Below, piece by piece: positions 29,198 through 39,267 of a stretch of DNA of 64,000 bases. The position numbers and the translations under genes are program-made. Under the pieces are notes generated by a model, which did not search any database, was not told the origin of the DNA, and worked only from the letters and a program-made list of their open reading frames with translations. Position 1 is the first letter of the stretch; each line of letters opens with the position of its first letter. The DNA is from Actinomycetes bacterium (lineage in GTDB: Bacteria; Actinomycetota; Acidimicrobiia; Acidimicrobiales; Bog-793), in NCBI GenBank assembly GCA_021798985.1, contig JAJZBI010000001.1:194444-258443 (forward strand). The letters are read 5' to 3'.

Positions 29198-30190
29198 GTG
29201 CCTCGTATCAACCCTTCGCCTCACCCGGCACGCCGTTGGCTCCCCCAGCTGAGCCCAGCGAGCGTCGGCACGATCCTCACGGCGCTCGTCGTCTGCTACG
29301 CCCTGTTGATGGTCACCGGCGGAGCCGTCCGGCTCACCGGGTCTGGGCTCGGATGCGCCGACTGGCCCACGTGCTCCCACAACGACCTGATCGCAAGCGC
29401 GTCGTTCCACCCGCTCGTCGAGTTCGGCAACCGCTGTGTGACGATCGCCGTCAGCGTGGTCTCAATCCTCGCTTTTGTCGCGACGTTGCAGCGTGCGCCG
29501 CGTCGCGGTGACCTCGTCTGGCTCGGCAGCGCCGTGCTCGGCGGCCTGCTCGCCCAGGTCGTGCTCGGCGGCCTGGTGGTGCTGTTCAAGCTGAATCCCT
29601 ACCTCGTTGCCCTGCACTTCGCGCTCACCCTCGTGGTGCTCGCCATCGCGATCGTCCTGAGGTATCGCAATGCTCACGCTGACGCGCCGGGCGAGCTCCT
29701 CGTCCCGAGGGAGCTGCTGTGGCTTAGCCGTCTGCAGCTCGTCACGCTCAGCGCGCTCGTGCTCGCCGGCACCGTGGTGACCGGCGCCGGCCCGCATGCC
29801 GGCGGACCGGGTGCCAAACGCATTGACGTGCCCTTCCAGCGCGTCGCCGAGCTGCACTCGACGATCGCGCTCTTCTTGATCGGCATGAGCCTGGCGACGC
29901 TGTTCGCCCTCCACATCGCAAAGGCCCCCGCCGAGGTGCAGCGGCGTGCGAGGTGGTTCCTCGAATTGCTCGCGATCCAGGGGATCATCGGCTACAGCCA
30001 GTACTTCTTGCACGATGCGGCCGGCATCGTCGAGCTGCACATCGCAGGGGTGACGTTGCTGTGGTGTGTGGCCGTCGCTCACTATCTCGGCACGTACCGT
30101 CGTCCAGCGGAGCAAGCCGCTCCCGCCCTGGTGCGAAGCGACACCGCGACGAGCCGGCCTGCACCGGTGCAGGCCGCGCCATCACCGTGA
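29198..30190 (+). CDS. ctaA: Heme A synthase (COX15/CtaA family)
   Basis: [31 protein letters not shown]. Confidence 0.88.
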   Translation: MPRINPSPHPARRWLPQLSPASVGTILTALVVCYALLMVTGGAVRLTGSGLGCADWPTCSHNDLIASASFHPLVEFGNRCVTIAVSVVSILAFVATLQRAPRRGDLVWLGSAVLGGLLAQVVLGGLVVLFKLNPYLVALHFALTLVVLAIAIVLRYRNAHADAPGELLVPRELLWLSRLQLVTLSALVLAGTVVTGAGPHAGGPGAKRIDVPFQRVAELHSTIALFLIGMSLATLFALHIAKAPAEVQRRARWFLELLAIQGIIGYSQYFLHDAAGIVELHIAGVTLLWCVAVAHYLGTYRRPAEQAAPALVRSDTATSRPAPVQAAPSP

Positions 30191-30513
30191 ACGACACCAC
30201 CGCCCGCCACGGGACCGCCAGCCCCGACACCGAGGAGCGAGAGCTCACCGGCGCCGAGCGTGACGAGTCCTTCGGCTACGACCGCCCATGGCTCGTGATC
30301 GTCTGGAACGACCCGGTGAACCTCATGAGCTACGTGACCTATGTCTTCCAGAAACTCTTCGGCTTCTCGCTCGAAAAGGCCACCAAGCTGATGCTCGACG
30401 TCCACCGCAAGGGCCGGGCCGTCGTGACGAGCGGGCCGAAGGAGCGCGCCGAGCTCGACGTCATGCGCCTTCACCGCTATGGCCTCTGGGCCACGATGGA
30501 GCAGGCCGGGTGA
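30187..30513 (+). CDS. clpS: Clp protease adaptor
   Basis: [30 protein letters not shown]. Confidence 0.95.
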   Translation: MNDTTARHGTASPDTEERELTGAERDESFGYDRPWLVIVWNDPVNLMSYVTYVFQKLFGFSLEKATKLMLDVHRKGRAVVTSGPKERAELDVMRLHRYGLWATMEQAG

Positions 30514-31106
30514 ACATCTTCGGCCTCCGCAGAATCCGCCCCGACCACCGCGGCGGCTTCCAGCTGCGACTGCCCAAAGCCGAGCGCCAGCTGCTCCGCC
30601 AGCTCCCCGACGAACTGACGACACTGCTCGCTGCGGTCGGCACCGAAACGGGCGCAGAGACTCCCCCCGTCCCCGATGAGCTCCGACGGCTCTTTCCAGT
30701 CGCCCATCCCCGTGATGCCGCCGAGGAGGCGGACTACGTAGCCGTCGCCCGGGGCGAGCTGCTCCGGCATCATCGCGAGGCACTGGCGACGCTGGAACGC
30801 ACGATCGACTCCACCACGCTCAGCGTGCCAGAGCTCGAGTCCTGGCTCGCCGCGTTGAATGACCTCCGCCTGGTGATCGGGACGGCGCTCGGCGTCACCG
30901 AGGAGGACGCCGTTCCTGGGGCCGAAGATCCTGACTACCCCCGTTGGATGTGCTATGGCTACCTGTCGTTCCTCGTGACCGAGGTCGTCGAGGCGCTGTC
31001 TGGCGAGCTGGGGCCGCCGAGTGACAACGATCCGGCGCCGGAGGACCCGTGGGGCGAGCCCCCCGGTGGTCTCCGCTGGGACGGAACGCCGACTCCGGAA
31101 GGATGA
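30510..31106 (+). CDS. DUF2017 family protein
   Basis: [19 protein letters not shown]; typical neighbour of actinobacterial clpS. Confidence 0.85.
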   Translation: MNIFGLRRIRPDHRGGFQLRLPKAERQLLRQLPDELTTLLAAVGTETGAETPPVPDELRRLFPVAHPRDAAEEADYVAVARGELLRHHREALATLERTIDSTTLSVPELESWLAALNDLRLVIGTALGVTEEDAVPGAEDPDYPRWMCYGYLSFLVTEVVEALSGELGPPSDNDPAPEDPWGEPPGGLRWDGTPTPEG

Positions 31107-31161
31107 GCACGGCGTTCGCGTGCCAACAGCGGCGCTAGCCTTCGCAGTCATCGCGCCACCG

Positions 31162-31234
31162 GCCCCCATCGTCCAGAGGCCTAGGACATCGCCCTTTCAA
31201 GGCGGAAACACGGGTTCGAATCCCGTTGGGGGTG
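31162..31234 (+). tRNA. tRNA-Glu(TTC)
   Basis: Cloverleaf with GCCCCCA/TGGGGGT acceptor stem, anticodon loop CTTTCAA, T-loop TTCGAAT. Confidence 0.97.
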
Positions 31235-31329
31235 CGCGCGGTCGTCCCAGCTCAAAGCGGGTTTCAGGCGCTCGGCGTTGGGTGCGGAGTGCGCGACGGC
31301 GGTCGCCGAGACGAGCCGCCTCGCCGGTC

Positions 31330-31495
31330 GCGCGGGAGGCCAGCGCGTCGGCGATCGCTCGGTCGCGGTCCTCGGTGGCGTGCTGGTAGCAGAGCGCCGC
31401 GACCGGGTTCGCGTGGCCGCCGCGACGCATCACCTCGACCACCGAGGCACCCGAGGCGGCCGCCGAGGTCGTGGAACCTGCCGCCCTCGATGTGC
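31330..31495 (-). pseudogene. Tyrosine integrase C-terminal remnant
   Basis: GRFHDL in one frame, then AAASGASVVEVMRRGGHANPVAALCYQHATEDRDRAIADAL in another; adjacent to tRNA-Glu. Confidence 0.8.
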
Positions 31496-31825
31496 CGGTC
31501 GTCGCCGTAGCCGGGATCATCGAAGCCGGGGAAGGTGACCGGCCACGATCCCATCTCGTGGGTCAGCTTCCACCGTCCCGGCCCCACCAGGTGGTCCACG
31601 GTGGCGACGAACCGTCCGTCACGGGAACAGGCGATGTCGAACCGCTTCTACTTCTCCGCCGTCGACGCGGGGGCACCCTGCTAGTCGAAGGACCACACCA
31701 CCTGGCCGCCCGGCTGCTGTGGGAGTCCGAGCCGGACCGGATGAGTACCGTCGGCTTCGACGAGCCGCGTCCAAGATTGGCGAGCGTGCGGTCGGAGTAG
31801 GCAGCTGGGGCAAAGGGGGCCGCGG

Positions 31826-32192
31826 TTGACGCGGTCCTTGATCTCGGTTCGGTGTCCACGCGATCGACCCACATCCCCGACGAGGACCTGCCCGCCGCGG
31901 CCGAAGCCGCACACGCGGTCGTCCAAGGCGTCCTGAACGCCGGGAGTACGTCGTCGCCGGCGGACTGGGTGATCAGAGAGCTAGCGAGGTGATGCCCGAC
32001 GGGACGGTCACCGACGGTCCCTTCCTGGAAACCATCGGCGGCCTAATTGTCGTGGACGTGGCCTCACACGAGGAAGCGCTGGGCTCGGCCGACAAGATCG
32101 CCGTCGCCTACCGCTGCGCACAACAGGTCCGGGCCTTTGGTCCCGATCCCGAACTCGACGCAATGATCCGTCGCGCGCGTGGCCGGCGGTGA
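31826..32192 (+). pseudogene. YciI family protein, frameshifted
   Basis: HIPDEDLPAAAEAAHAVV, then in another frame DGTVTDGPFLETIGG...SHEEAL...KIAVAYRCAQQVR. Confidence 0.7.
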
Positions 32193-32440
32193 CTTCCCGC
32201 GAGAAACCTCACCAAGAGCAAGGAAAGACAGACGCTCTGTGCGGAGTCGACGCGCACCAAGCAGGCGGATGCGGAGCGACGGCTCGGCGTGCGCCCTTCA
32301 CGCCGCTGACAGCGGCGGCAGCTCGTCCGCCAGCACAGCCCAGCTCGCGAGGAGACGTTTCTGGAATTTCAAAGAGACACGCCCTTTTCCCCAATCTGGC
32401 AGTCCGCCCGCGATAGGCGTCGAGGTGCGCTGATCGCCGG

Positions 32441-33166
32441 TCAGCGGTCGAACAGCCGCCACTGGCCCTCGGACACGACCTCGACGGTGCCGTCGGCCAC
32501 CTTGACGGCCGAGGCGTCGTCGAGGGCATAGGCGGGCACGGGCAGCCGAGCAGCCCATTTCTCCGCAGCGGCCACGTCGTAGTCGTCGTCGTACTCGACG
32601 TGGGGGATGATGGCGAAGTCGACGAGCCCGACGCCTTGGGCCATGACGAGGGTCACGGTGGTGTCGCCGTCGGGTCTGGCGAACACGAGGTTCTCCGATG
32701 AGAGCCGCTCACCGGCGCAGGCGGGCGGGTCGTGGTAGGTCTCGCCAAACCTGCCGGCCATCGCCATGCTGCCGGCGCTCACCCCGACGTAGACCATGTC
32801 CCCAAGCGACTCGAACAACTCCGCCATCCCCGAGTGCTTCAGCCAGTACGACAGGTAGATGGGATCGCCGCCCCAGACCAGGAGGGCGTCGGCCTCCTCG
32901 ACCGTGGCAACCCAGACGTCCCTGTCGATGCTGGGCAGCGCTGTCAGCTCTAGCACCCCGAGTGACTTCCAGCCCAGGTCACACAACGGGCTCTTTGCCT
33001 GTCCCGTGATCGCCCGGAACGCGCCGCCGGGCCCGTCGGCGAAGGGGTAGATCCCCGTCGGGACGAACAGTGCCCGGGACTCGGCGACCGGCTTGCCCAG
33101 CAGGTCGAGGAGCGCTCCCAGAATGCTCGGATTGCTGATGCCGGAGGAGGTGAGAAGCAGTCTCAT
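32441..33166 (-). CDS. Peptidase S51 / dipeptidase E (GATase1-like)
   Basis: MRLLLTSSG, VWGGD, YVGVSAGS, IIPH, YALDD. Confidence 0.88.
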   Translation of the reverse strand: MRLLLTSSGISNPSILGALLDLLGKPVAESRALFVPTGIYPFADGPGGAFRAITGQAKSPLCDLGWKSLGVLELTALPSIDRDVWVATVEEADALLVWGGDPIYLSYWLKHSGMAELFESLGDMVYVGVSAGSMAMAGRFGETYHDPPACAGERLSSENLVFARPDGDTTVTLVMAQGVGLVDFAIIPHVEYDDDYDVAAAEKWAARLPVPAYALDDASAVKVADGTVEVVSEGQWRLFDR

Positions 33167-33325
33167 CTCGATCGCCTCGCTCGAGGAACAACACCAACCT
33201 CCCACCGGCGGAGGTCCACACGGCCGAGCGCGCGACCTTTCTCACTGACGTCCGCCGCCCAGCTGTCATCGACAAGTGCACTCATGATGGTCAAAGGGTA
33301 ACCAACCAGCTGGCACACTGACCTG

Positions 33326-33952
33326 ATGGCCAATGTCGATACCGAGCTGCTCGTTGCAGACGCATCAGGCTGGTCGGAATGGTTGGAAGAGCACCAAGCG
33401 GACTCGACGGGAGTCTGGCTGGTCCTGGCGAAGAAGGGCACGACCCAGCCGACGAGCTTGACCTACGACGACGCGCTGGAGGCAGCAATTTGCCATGGGT
33501 GGGTCGATGGACAACTCGCCACCCGGGACGAGCGCACCTTCCGGCGCAAGTTCACCCCACGACGGCGTGGAAGCGCCTGGTCAAAGCGCAATGTTGCCAT
33601 TGCTACCAGGCTGACCGACCAGGGCCGCATGACGCCCGCGGGACTCGCTACCGTCCAGCGAGCGCAGGCCGACGGCAGCTGGGACGGCGCCTACGAGGGC
33701 CAGTCGACGGTAGCCATCCCACCCGACCTGGCTGACTCCCTCGCCGCCACTCCCGCAGCCGAGGCGATGTTCGACCAACTGGATGCCGCCAACCGATACG
33801 CAATCCTCTACCGCGTATCAACCGCCAAACGGGCCGAGACGCGCCAGCGCCGAATTGAGCAGCTCGTCTTGATGTTGGCGAGGGGCGAGACGATCCATCC
33901 TCAACGGCAGCCGCGGAGATCGCCGGCGACCGGTCCTCCGGGCAGTCGCTGA
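33326..33952 (+). CDS. YdeI/OmpD-associated family protein
   Basis: AICHGWVDG, FTPRRRGSAWSKRN, GRMTPAG, AKRAETRQRRI. Confidence 0.9.
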   Translation: MANVDTELLVADASGWSEWLEEHQADSTGVWLVLAKKGTTQPTSLTYDDALEAAICHGWVDGQLATRDERTFRRKFTPRRRGSAWSKRNVAIATRLTDQGRMTPAGLATVQRAQADGSWDGAYEGQSTVAIPPDLADSLAATPAAEAMFDQLDAANRYAILYRVSTAKRAETRQRRIEQLVLMLARGETIHPQRQPRRSPATGPPGSR

Positions 33953-34099
33953 GACCGGTGCGTCCCCAATGCGGCTCACGAGAGCGCTCGATCCTTGTGG
34001 ACGGGCGCCCACCTCGATGTGCCGTCCACCGTGGCCGTGGCTCGTGCCAGGCGAGCGAGGATCACGATCCTGCAGCTGGCGACACCGCTGGCGGCGAGC

Positions 34100-34560
34100 A
34101 GGGCCGTCGCGGATCGCACGCGCCAGGTCGCTGGTGACGGCGCGCCGTTCCGAGCGGCGCAACTTGCGGGCATCCCGGCGGCCTGTCCTGCGTCCCGCCG
34201 GCGTCTCCACGCGCGCCAACCCGACCGCCCGCTCGCGCACCGGTGCCGTCTCGCAGGGGCTCGATGACATTGACGTCCCACACCCGATGGATCAGCACCT
34301 CGACGCGACCAGTGGCGTCGAGCACCGGCACCGGGACCAGCCTCCAGGAGCGCTCCTCGGACCGCACCTTCCTCCAGAGCAGACCCCGATGTCGTACCTC
34401 TGCGGCGCCATCGCGTCGGGCCGATCGTTCGCGCGGGGCGCGCTCGAAGGACGCCCGAAGATTCGCCACGCCCTCAGCGGTTGGATCGGGGGGGTTGTCG
34501 CCGAAGGCGTCGCACATGATCCGGCCGACCAAAGCGGCCAAGGTGCGGCTCGTCGCCCAC
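34100..34560 (-). pseudogene. PAS-domain sensor remnant
   Basis: DAFGDNPPDPTAEGVANLRASFER...EERSW...PVLDATGRVEVLIHRVWDV; internal frame disruptions and no clean start. Confidence 0.6.
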
Positions 34561-34734
34561 GACGCGCGGGATTCTGTCGTGGCCGTTTCGCCTCGCGTCA
34601 CCCGGGCGGGCCACACCCTCCGACTCGGTCGCATGACGCGTCGGCGCAGCTAGCAGGCCAGACCGGACGGTGCGTAGCGCTGGCTCCGCTAGGCTCCCGG
34701 CGGCGTCAGGCGCGAGAGACACGGGAGCTTCGAG

Positions 34735-35694
34735 GTGGTGCAGACGAGCATCTTGGACCACACGATGTTCGTCTACCGCGAAGCCGACGAGCTCGTCGAG
34801 GCACTCACCCCGGTGTTGCGCGACGCGCTGGGCGCTGGACAGCGCGTGGTCGTCAACATCCGCGACGAGCGCACGGCGCCGCTCAGCGCAGCGCTGGGCG
34901 ATACGGCCAGCCGCATCGAATGGACCGACACGTACGCCTGGATGCCACATCCCGCCCGACGCCTCCGCGCGATCGAGGAGCTCGTCGAGGCGCAGCGAGC
35001 TCAAGGGGACCAGGGGCTCCTCTTCGTCGGTGAGTGCGCGTGGCCGCGCGCGCCTGAATCGCTCGTACGGGAGTGGGAGCGCTTCGATGTGATCTTGAAC
35101 GAGTCGCTCAGCGGCGCGCCGGCGTCCATGCTCTGCCTCTATGACGCCAGTGTGCTCGCCCCCTCGATCATCGATCGTGCTCGGCAGACCCATCCGCAGC
35201 ACGGCTGTGGGCCCAGGATCATCGCCAACCCCCATTGCACCGACACGGTGACCGCGCTGAGGCGTCTCGCTCCCGGAGATCTCGTGGTGCCCGAAGACGC
35301 ACCGTGTCTCGGGCAAGTGCGCGAGGCGCGCGCGGCGCGCGCGTTCGTCGCCGAGCACTTGAAGCCGACGGACCTGCAGCAGGACCAGCGCGAGGAACTG
35401 ATTGTGGTGACGAGCGAACTCGTGGCCAACTCCTTGAAGGCCGCTGCCGAGACGGTCAGCGTGGCGGTCTGGGAGCGCGATGGCGCCATCGCGGTCCAGG
35501 TCGACGACGACGGTCGGGGCATCAGCGACCCCTTCGCCGGCTACCACCGCCCAGAGCGTGAGGCGACCGGCGGCCGCGGGCTTTGGATGGCCCGTCAGCT
35601 CTGCGACGTCGTGGAGATCTCCAGCCGGCCGGATCGCACCGCCGTGCGCGCGATCCAGGTCCTCGCGCGTTCCTCCCAGGCGTCGAGCGCGTAG
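34735..35694 (+). CDS. MEDS-domain anti-sigma factor / HATPase (RsbA-like)
   Basis: HTMFVY, VGECAW, LCLYD, SELVANS, DDGRG, GGRGLWMARQLCD. Confidence 0.85.
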   Translation: MVQTSILDHTMFVYREADELVEALTPVLRDALGAGQRVVVNIRDERTAPLSAALGDTASRIEWTDTYAWMPHPARRLRAIEELVEAQRAQGDQGLLFVGECAWPRAPESLVREWERFDVILNESLSGAPASMLCLYDASVLAPSIIDRARQTHPQHGCGPRIIANPHCTDTVTALRRLAPGDLVVPEDAPCLGQVREARAARAFVAEHLKPTDLQQDQREELIVVTSELVANSLKAAAETVSVAVWERDGAIAVQVDDDGRGISDPFAGYHRPEREATGGRGLWMARQLCDVVEISSRPDRTAVRAIQVLARSSQASSA

Positions 35695-35844
35695 GAGAGC
35701 CGCGGCTCGCGCTAACGGGTCGATGCGCTCGCCGGCGTACTCAGCGTGCGGCAAGGCGACTCGCGGCGGGCGGGCCACAGCACCCGTCCGCCGAAGGGAT
35801 CTCCTGCGCGGTCCGAAGGCCCGCCACTCGAGACATTCGGGCAA

Positions 35845-36282
35845 CTAGGCAGCCGCGTCTTCGCTCGGAAGCTCGCTCGTGCAATACCGGCAGCGCTGCG
35901 CGCCCAGTGGGAGATCGCTCGACAGGCAGTACGGGCAGGTCTGGGTGGGTGCCGGCTCGCCGAACACGGACTTTCCTCGCCGCGCCTGGGCGCGCCGGTA
36001 CGGCGCGACGATGAAGATGTAGACGACGATCATGAAGATGAAGAAGTAGATGATCGCGGAGATGAAGGCACCGAAATTCAAGAAGGTTGTCGCGCTCCCC
36101 TTCGCACCGAGCTGAACACCGAGCTTGACCGAGTGCGAGCCGGAGGCTCGGTTGACGATCGGGTTGATGAGATCGGTGGTGAACGCCTGGATCAGCGTGC
36201 TGAATGCCAGAGCGACGACCAGCCCGGTCGCCGTGACGACAATGTCACCATGACTGAGAAAACGCCGGAATCCCTTCAACAT
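35845..36282 (-). CDS. mscL: Large-conductance mechanosensitive channel with C-terminal zinc ribbon
   Basis: MLKGFRRFL, NFGAFISAII, CPYC...CRYC; GGAGG RBS. Confidence 0.9.
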   Translation of the reverse strand: MLKGFRRFLSHGDIVVTATGLVVALAFSTLIQAFTTDLINPIVNRASGSHSVKLGVQLGAKGSATTFLNFGAFISAIIYFFIFMIVVYIFIVAPYRRAQARRGKSVFGEPAPTQTCPYCLSSDLPLGAQRCRYCTSELPSEDAAA

Positions 36283-36478
36283 CGCTCCTCCTTGTCGACA
36301 GGCGGTCGTCCGCGCCCCGCGCTGTGACGAGCATGCCAAATGGATGCGACGCGTGCAGGCTTCGCTAGGAAAATCCTTCCTCCTTGCCCCCGCGGAGGTG
36401 ACTTCCTCAAGTCAGTCAGCCATCACCGCTAGTGTCGCGTTCGATGCCAGACGACGCCGGATCTGAGCTCAGCGCGCG

Positions 36479-37546
36479 GTGATCAAGTACCTCGGTTCCA
36501 AGCGGCGCCTCGTCCCCGTCCTGAGTGAGCTGCTGACTCGATCCGGTGCTGCCACGGCTCTGGACCTGTTCACCGGCACCACCCGGGTCGCACAGGCATT
36601 CAAACAGGCAGGGGCGTTCGTGACCGCGGTCGACACCGCCCGCTACAGCGAGATCCTCGCGCTCGCGCATGTCGCCACCGACCCGAAGAGCATTTCGACC
36701 GACCGTCTCGAAGGCGAGCTTGCCCGCCTGAACCGGCTCCCCGGCGAACCCGGCTATTTCACTGAGACATTCTGCATCAAGTCCCGGTTCTTCCAGCCGG
36801 CGAACGGAGAGCGCATCGACGCGATCCGCGACACGATCGAGACGGAGCTCAAAGGGGACCCGATCTACCCCCTCGTGCTGACGAGCCTCATCGAGGCGGC
36901 CGACCGCGTCGACTCCACGGCTGGAGTCCAGATGGCCTACATGAAGACGTGGGCACCGCGCTCGTATCGGCCGCTCGAGCTCCGAGCTCCCCAGCTCTGG
37001 GCAGGGCCCGGCGCCGCACGACGTGCCGACGCTCTCGACGCTGCGCGCGCCCTGGCGCCCGTCGACCTCGCCTACCTTGACCCGCCGTACAACCAGCATC
37101 GCTACTTCACGAACTACCACGTCTGGGAGACGCTGGTGGCCTGGGACGCCCCCGAGCACTACGGCGTTGCCTGCAAGCGAATCGACAGCCGTGACCCCGC
37201 GACCAAAAGCGTGTTCAACCAGAAGCGCTCCATCGCAGCAGCGCTGCGCGAGCTCGTCGCGACGGTCCGAGCCGAGACGCTCATCGTGTCTTACAACGAC
37301 GAGGCGTGGCTCGAGCTCGCGGAATTGGTCGACCTGTGCGCCGTGCGCGAGGCGGTGACGGTCCTGTCGTTCGACTCCAAGCGCTACGTGGGGGCCCAGA
37401 TCGGGATCCACAACCCGAAGGGCGAGAAGGTGGGCACGGTCTCGCACCTGCGCAACCTCGAGTACCTCGTGGTGAGCGGGCCGCGCCAGCTCGTCGCGCG
37501 CATGACCGCCCCATTCGCCGCTGCGCGGTTGGCGCTGCCCGCTTAA
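36479..37546 (+). CDS. DNA adenine methyltransferase (D12/FokI-like class)
   Basis: IKYLGSK, DLFTGT motif I, YLDPPY motif IV, VSYNDE. Confidence 0.9.
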   Translation: MIKYLGSKRRLVPVLSELLTRSGAATALDLFTGTTRVAQAFKQAGAFVTAVDTARYSEILALAHVATDPKSISTDRLEGELARLNRLPGEPGYFTETFCIKSRFFQPANGERIDAIRDTIETELKGDPIYPLVLTSLIEAADRVDSTAGVQMAYMKTWAPRSYRPLELRAPQLWAGPGAARRADALDAARALAPVDLAYLDPPYNQHRYFTNYHVWETLVAWDAPEHYGVACKRIDSRDPATKSVFNQKRSIAAALRELVATVRAETLIVSYNDEAWLELAELVDLCAVREAVTVLSFDSKRYVGAQIGIHNPKGEKVGTVSHLRNLEYLVVSGPRQLVARMTAPFAAARLALPA

Positions 37547-39264
37547 GGCAGCGGGAGCGGCGGGGGCACCGAGGCCAGACGGGCGTCCGCGTCGCCGTCG
37601 TCGTCTTGGAGTTCGGCGGCGGCGCGAGCCCGTACCGCCGCCTCATAGCCGGCGAGCTCGGCTTCGATGGTCGGCGCGTCCCAACCGAGTCGGGCCGCCA
37701 TCACCTCGGCGACGCCGGGGGCCGCGGCGAGCGCGCCGTCGCGCCCTTCTATCGCAAGGCGCGTGCGACGCTCGAGGACGTCCTCGAGGTGACGGGCTCC
37801 CTCGTGGGAGACGGCGTAGGCGACCTCGGCATCGAGGTAACTGTCGGCCCCCTCGATCGGTGCGGGGTGGCCCTCCACCGAGAGCACCTCCTCAGCGAGC
37901 GAGCCGTATCGCCCGACGAGGCGCTCGGCCTGCGCGCCCTCGAGCCCCGAGCGCGCGAGGCGGTGGGTGAGGTCGTCGAGCTCGGCGCGACTTGCGGCGC
38001 CGACTATCGGCACGCGGGCCGTGACCGAGGGACCCGCGCCAAGGCGTGCGTGCTCGACGGCGGCGTCGACCGCGTCCTTCGCCATCACGCGGTAGGTAGT
38101 CAGCTTGCCGCCCGAGATGAGCACGAGACCCGGCCGGGGCCGGTTGACGGCATGCTCGCGTGACAGCTTGGTGGTCTCGTCGCCAGCACCCGCAATCAGC
38201 GGACGCAGCCCCACGTACACCGCCTCGATATCGGCACGCTCGAGCGGCCTGGCGAGGGTCGGGTTCAGCGTGGCGAGCAGGTATTCAACGTCGCGATTGG
38301 TCGCCGCGGGCCGGGCGAGGCCGTGCTGCCACGGGGTGTCGGTCGTGCCGATGATCCAGTGCGCGCCCCACGGGAGAACGAACAGCACGCTCTTTTCGGT
38401 CGGCAAGATGAGGGCGCGCTGGAGATCGAGGCGTTCGCGCGGGACGACGAGGTGGACGCCCTTGGAGGGCCGAACGGCCATCGCCCGCTCAAGGCCGACG
38501 AGCGACTCAAAGGCCTCCGTCCACACACCGGTGGCCGAGAGCACCACGCGGGCTCGAATGGCGATGCGCTCGCCGTCCTCGGTCGAGCGCACGATGGCAC
38601 CGGTGACGGCGTCGCCATCGCGTTGTAGCTCCACGACCTGCATACGGTTGAGCGCCATGGCGCCGTAGCTTGCAGCCGTCCGCACCACCGAAAGCGTGAG
38701 ACGAGCGTCATCGACCTGTGCGTCGTAGTACTGCACGGCGCCGACGTAACGATCCGGCGCGAGCGCCGGCGCGAGCGCCCGCAGCTTGCGGCGCGAGAGC
38801 TGGCGGTGCATGGGGAAGGCGCGCCCGCCGCCGTTCCGCCGAGCACCGAGGCGCGCCAAGATGTCATAGAGCAGCACTCCGCTTCCCACGTAGGCGCGCT
38901 CAACGATGCGGTGGCGCAGCGGGTAGAGGATGGGAAGAGGCTGCACGAGGTGGGGAGCGAGCTCGCTGAGCAAGGAGCGTTCGGCGAGCGCCTCGCGGAC
39001 GAGGGCGAAGTCGTACATCTGTAGGTAGCGCAAGCCCCCATGAACGAGCTTGGAGGAGCGGCTCGATGTCCCCGCTGCCCAGTCCTGCGCCTCGACGACA
39101 GCGACGTGGAGCCCACGGCTCGCCGCGTCAAGCGCGGCCCCGGCACCGACGATGCCGCCGCCCACGATGAGCACGTCGAGCGGTTCGCTTGCCAGCCTGG
39201 CGCGTTCAGCGCGCTGGCGTTCTGGCGAGAGCGCCGACGAAGCGGTCGGATGAACCAGAGACAA
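37543..39264 (-). CDS. glpD: FAD glycerol-3-phosphate dehydrogenase
   Basis: GGGIVG, GTSSRSSKLVHGGLRYL, DDARL, GGKLTTYR. Confidence 0.95.
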   Translation of the reverse strand: MSLVHPTASSALSPERQRAERARLASEPLDVLIVGGGIVGAGAALDAASRGLHVAVVEAQDWAAGTSSRSSKLVHGGLRYLQMYDFALVREALAERSLLSELAPHLVQPLPILYPLRHRIVERAYVGSGVLLYDILARLGARRNGGGRAFPMHRQLSRRKLRALAPALAPDRYVGAVQYYDAQVDDARLTLSVVRTAASYGAMALNRMQVVELQRDGDAVTGAIVRSTEDGERIAIRARVVLSATGVWTEAFESLVGLERAMAVRPSKGVHLVVPRERLDLQRALILPTEKSVLFVLPWGAHWIIGTTDTPWQHGLARPAATNRDVEYLLATLNPTLARPLERADIEAVYVGLRPLIAGAGDETTKLSREHAVNRPRPGLVLISGGKLTTYRVMAKDAVDAAVEHARLGAGPSVTARVPIVGAASRAELDDLTHRLARSGLEGAQAERLVGRYGSLAEEVLSVEGHPAPIEGADSYLDAEVAYAVSHEGARHLEDVLERRTRLAIEGRDGALAAAPGVAEVMAARLGWDAPTIEAELAGYEAAVRARAAAELQDDDGDADARLASVPPPLPLP

Positions 39265-39267
39265 CGA

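Noticed and set aside
35845-35950. Zinc ribbon on MscL
   Set aside because: A common known C-terminal extension of MscL.
36402-36411. CTTCCTCAAG shared between the mscL upstream region and the T4SS upstream region (25363-72)
   Set aside because: A single 10-mer match with different flanks is compatible with chance.
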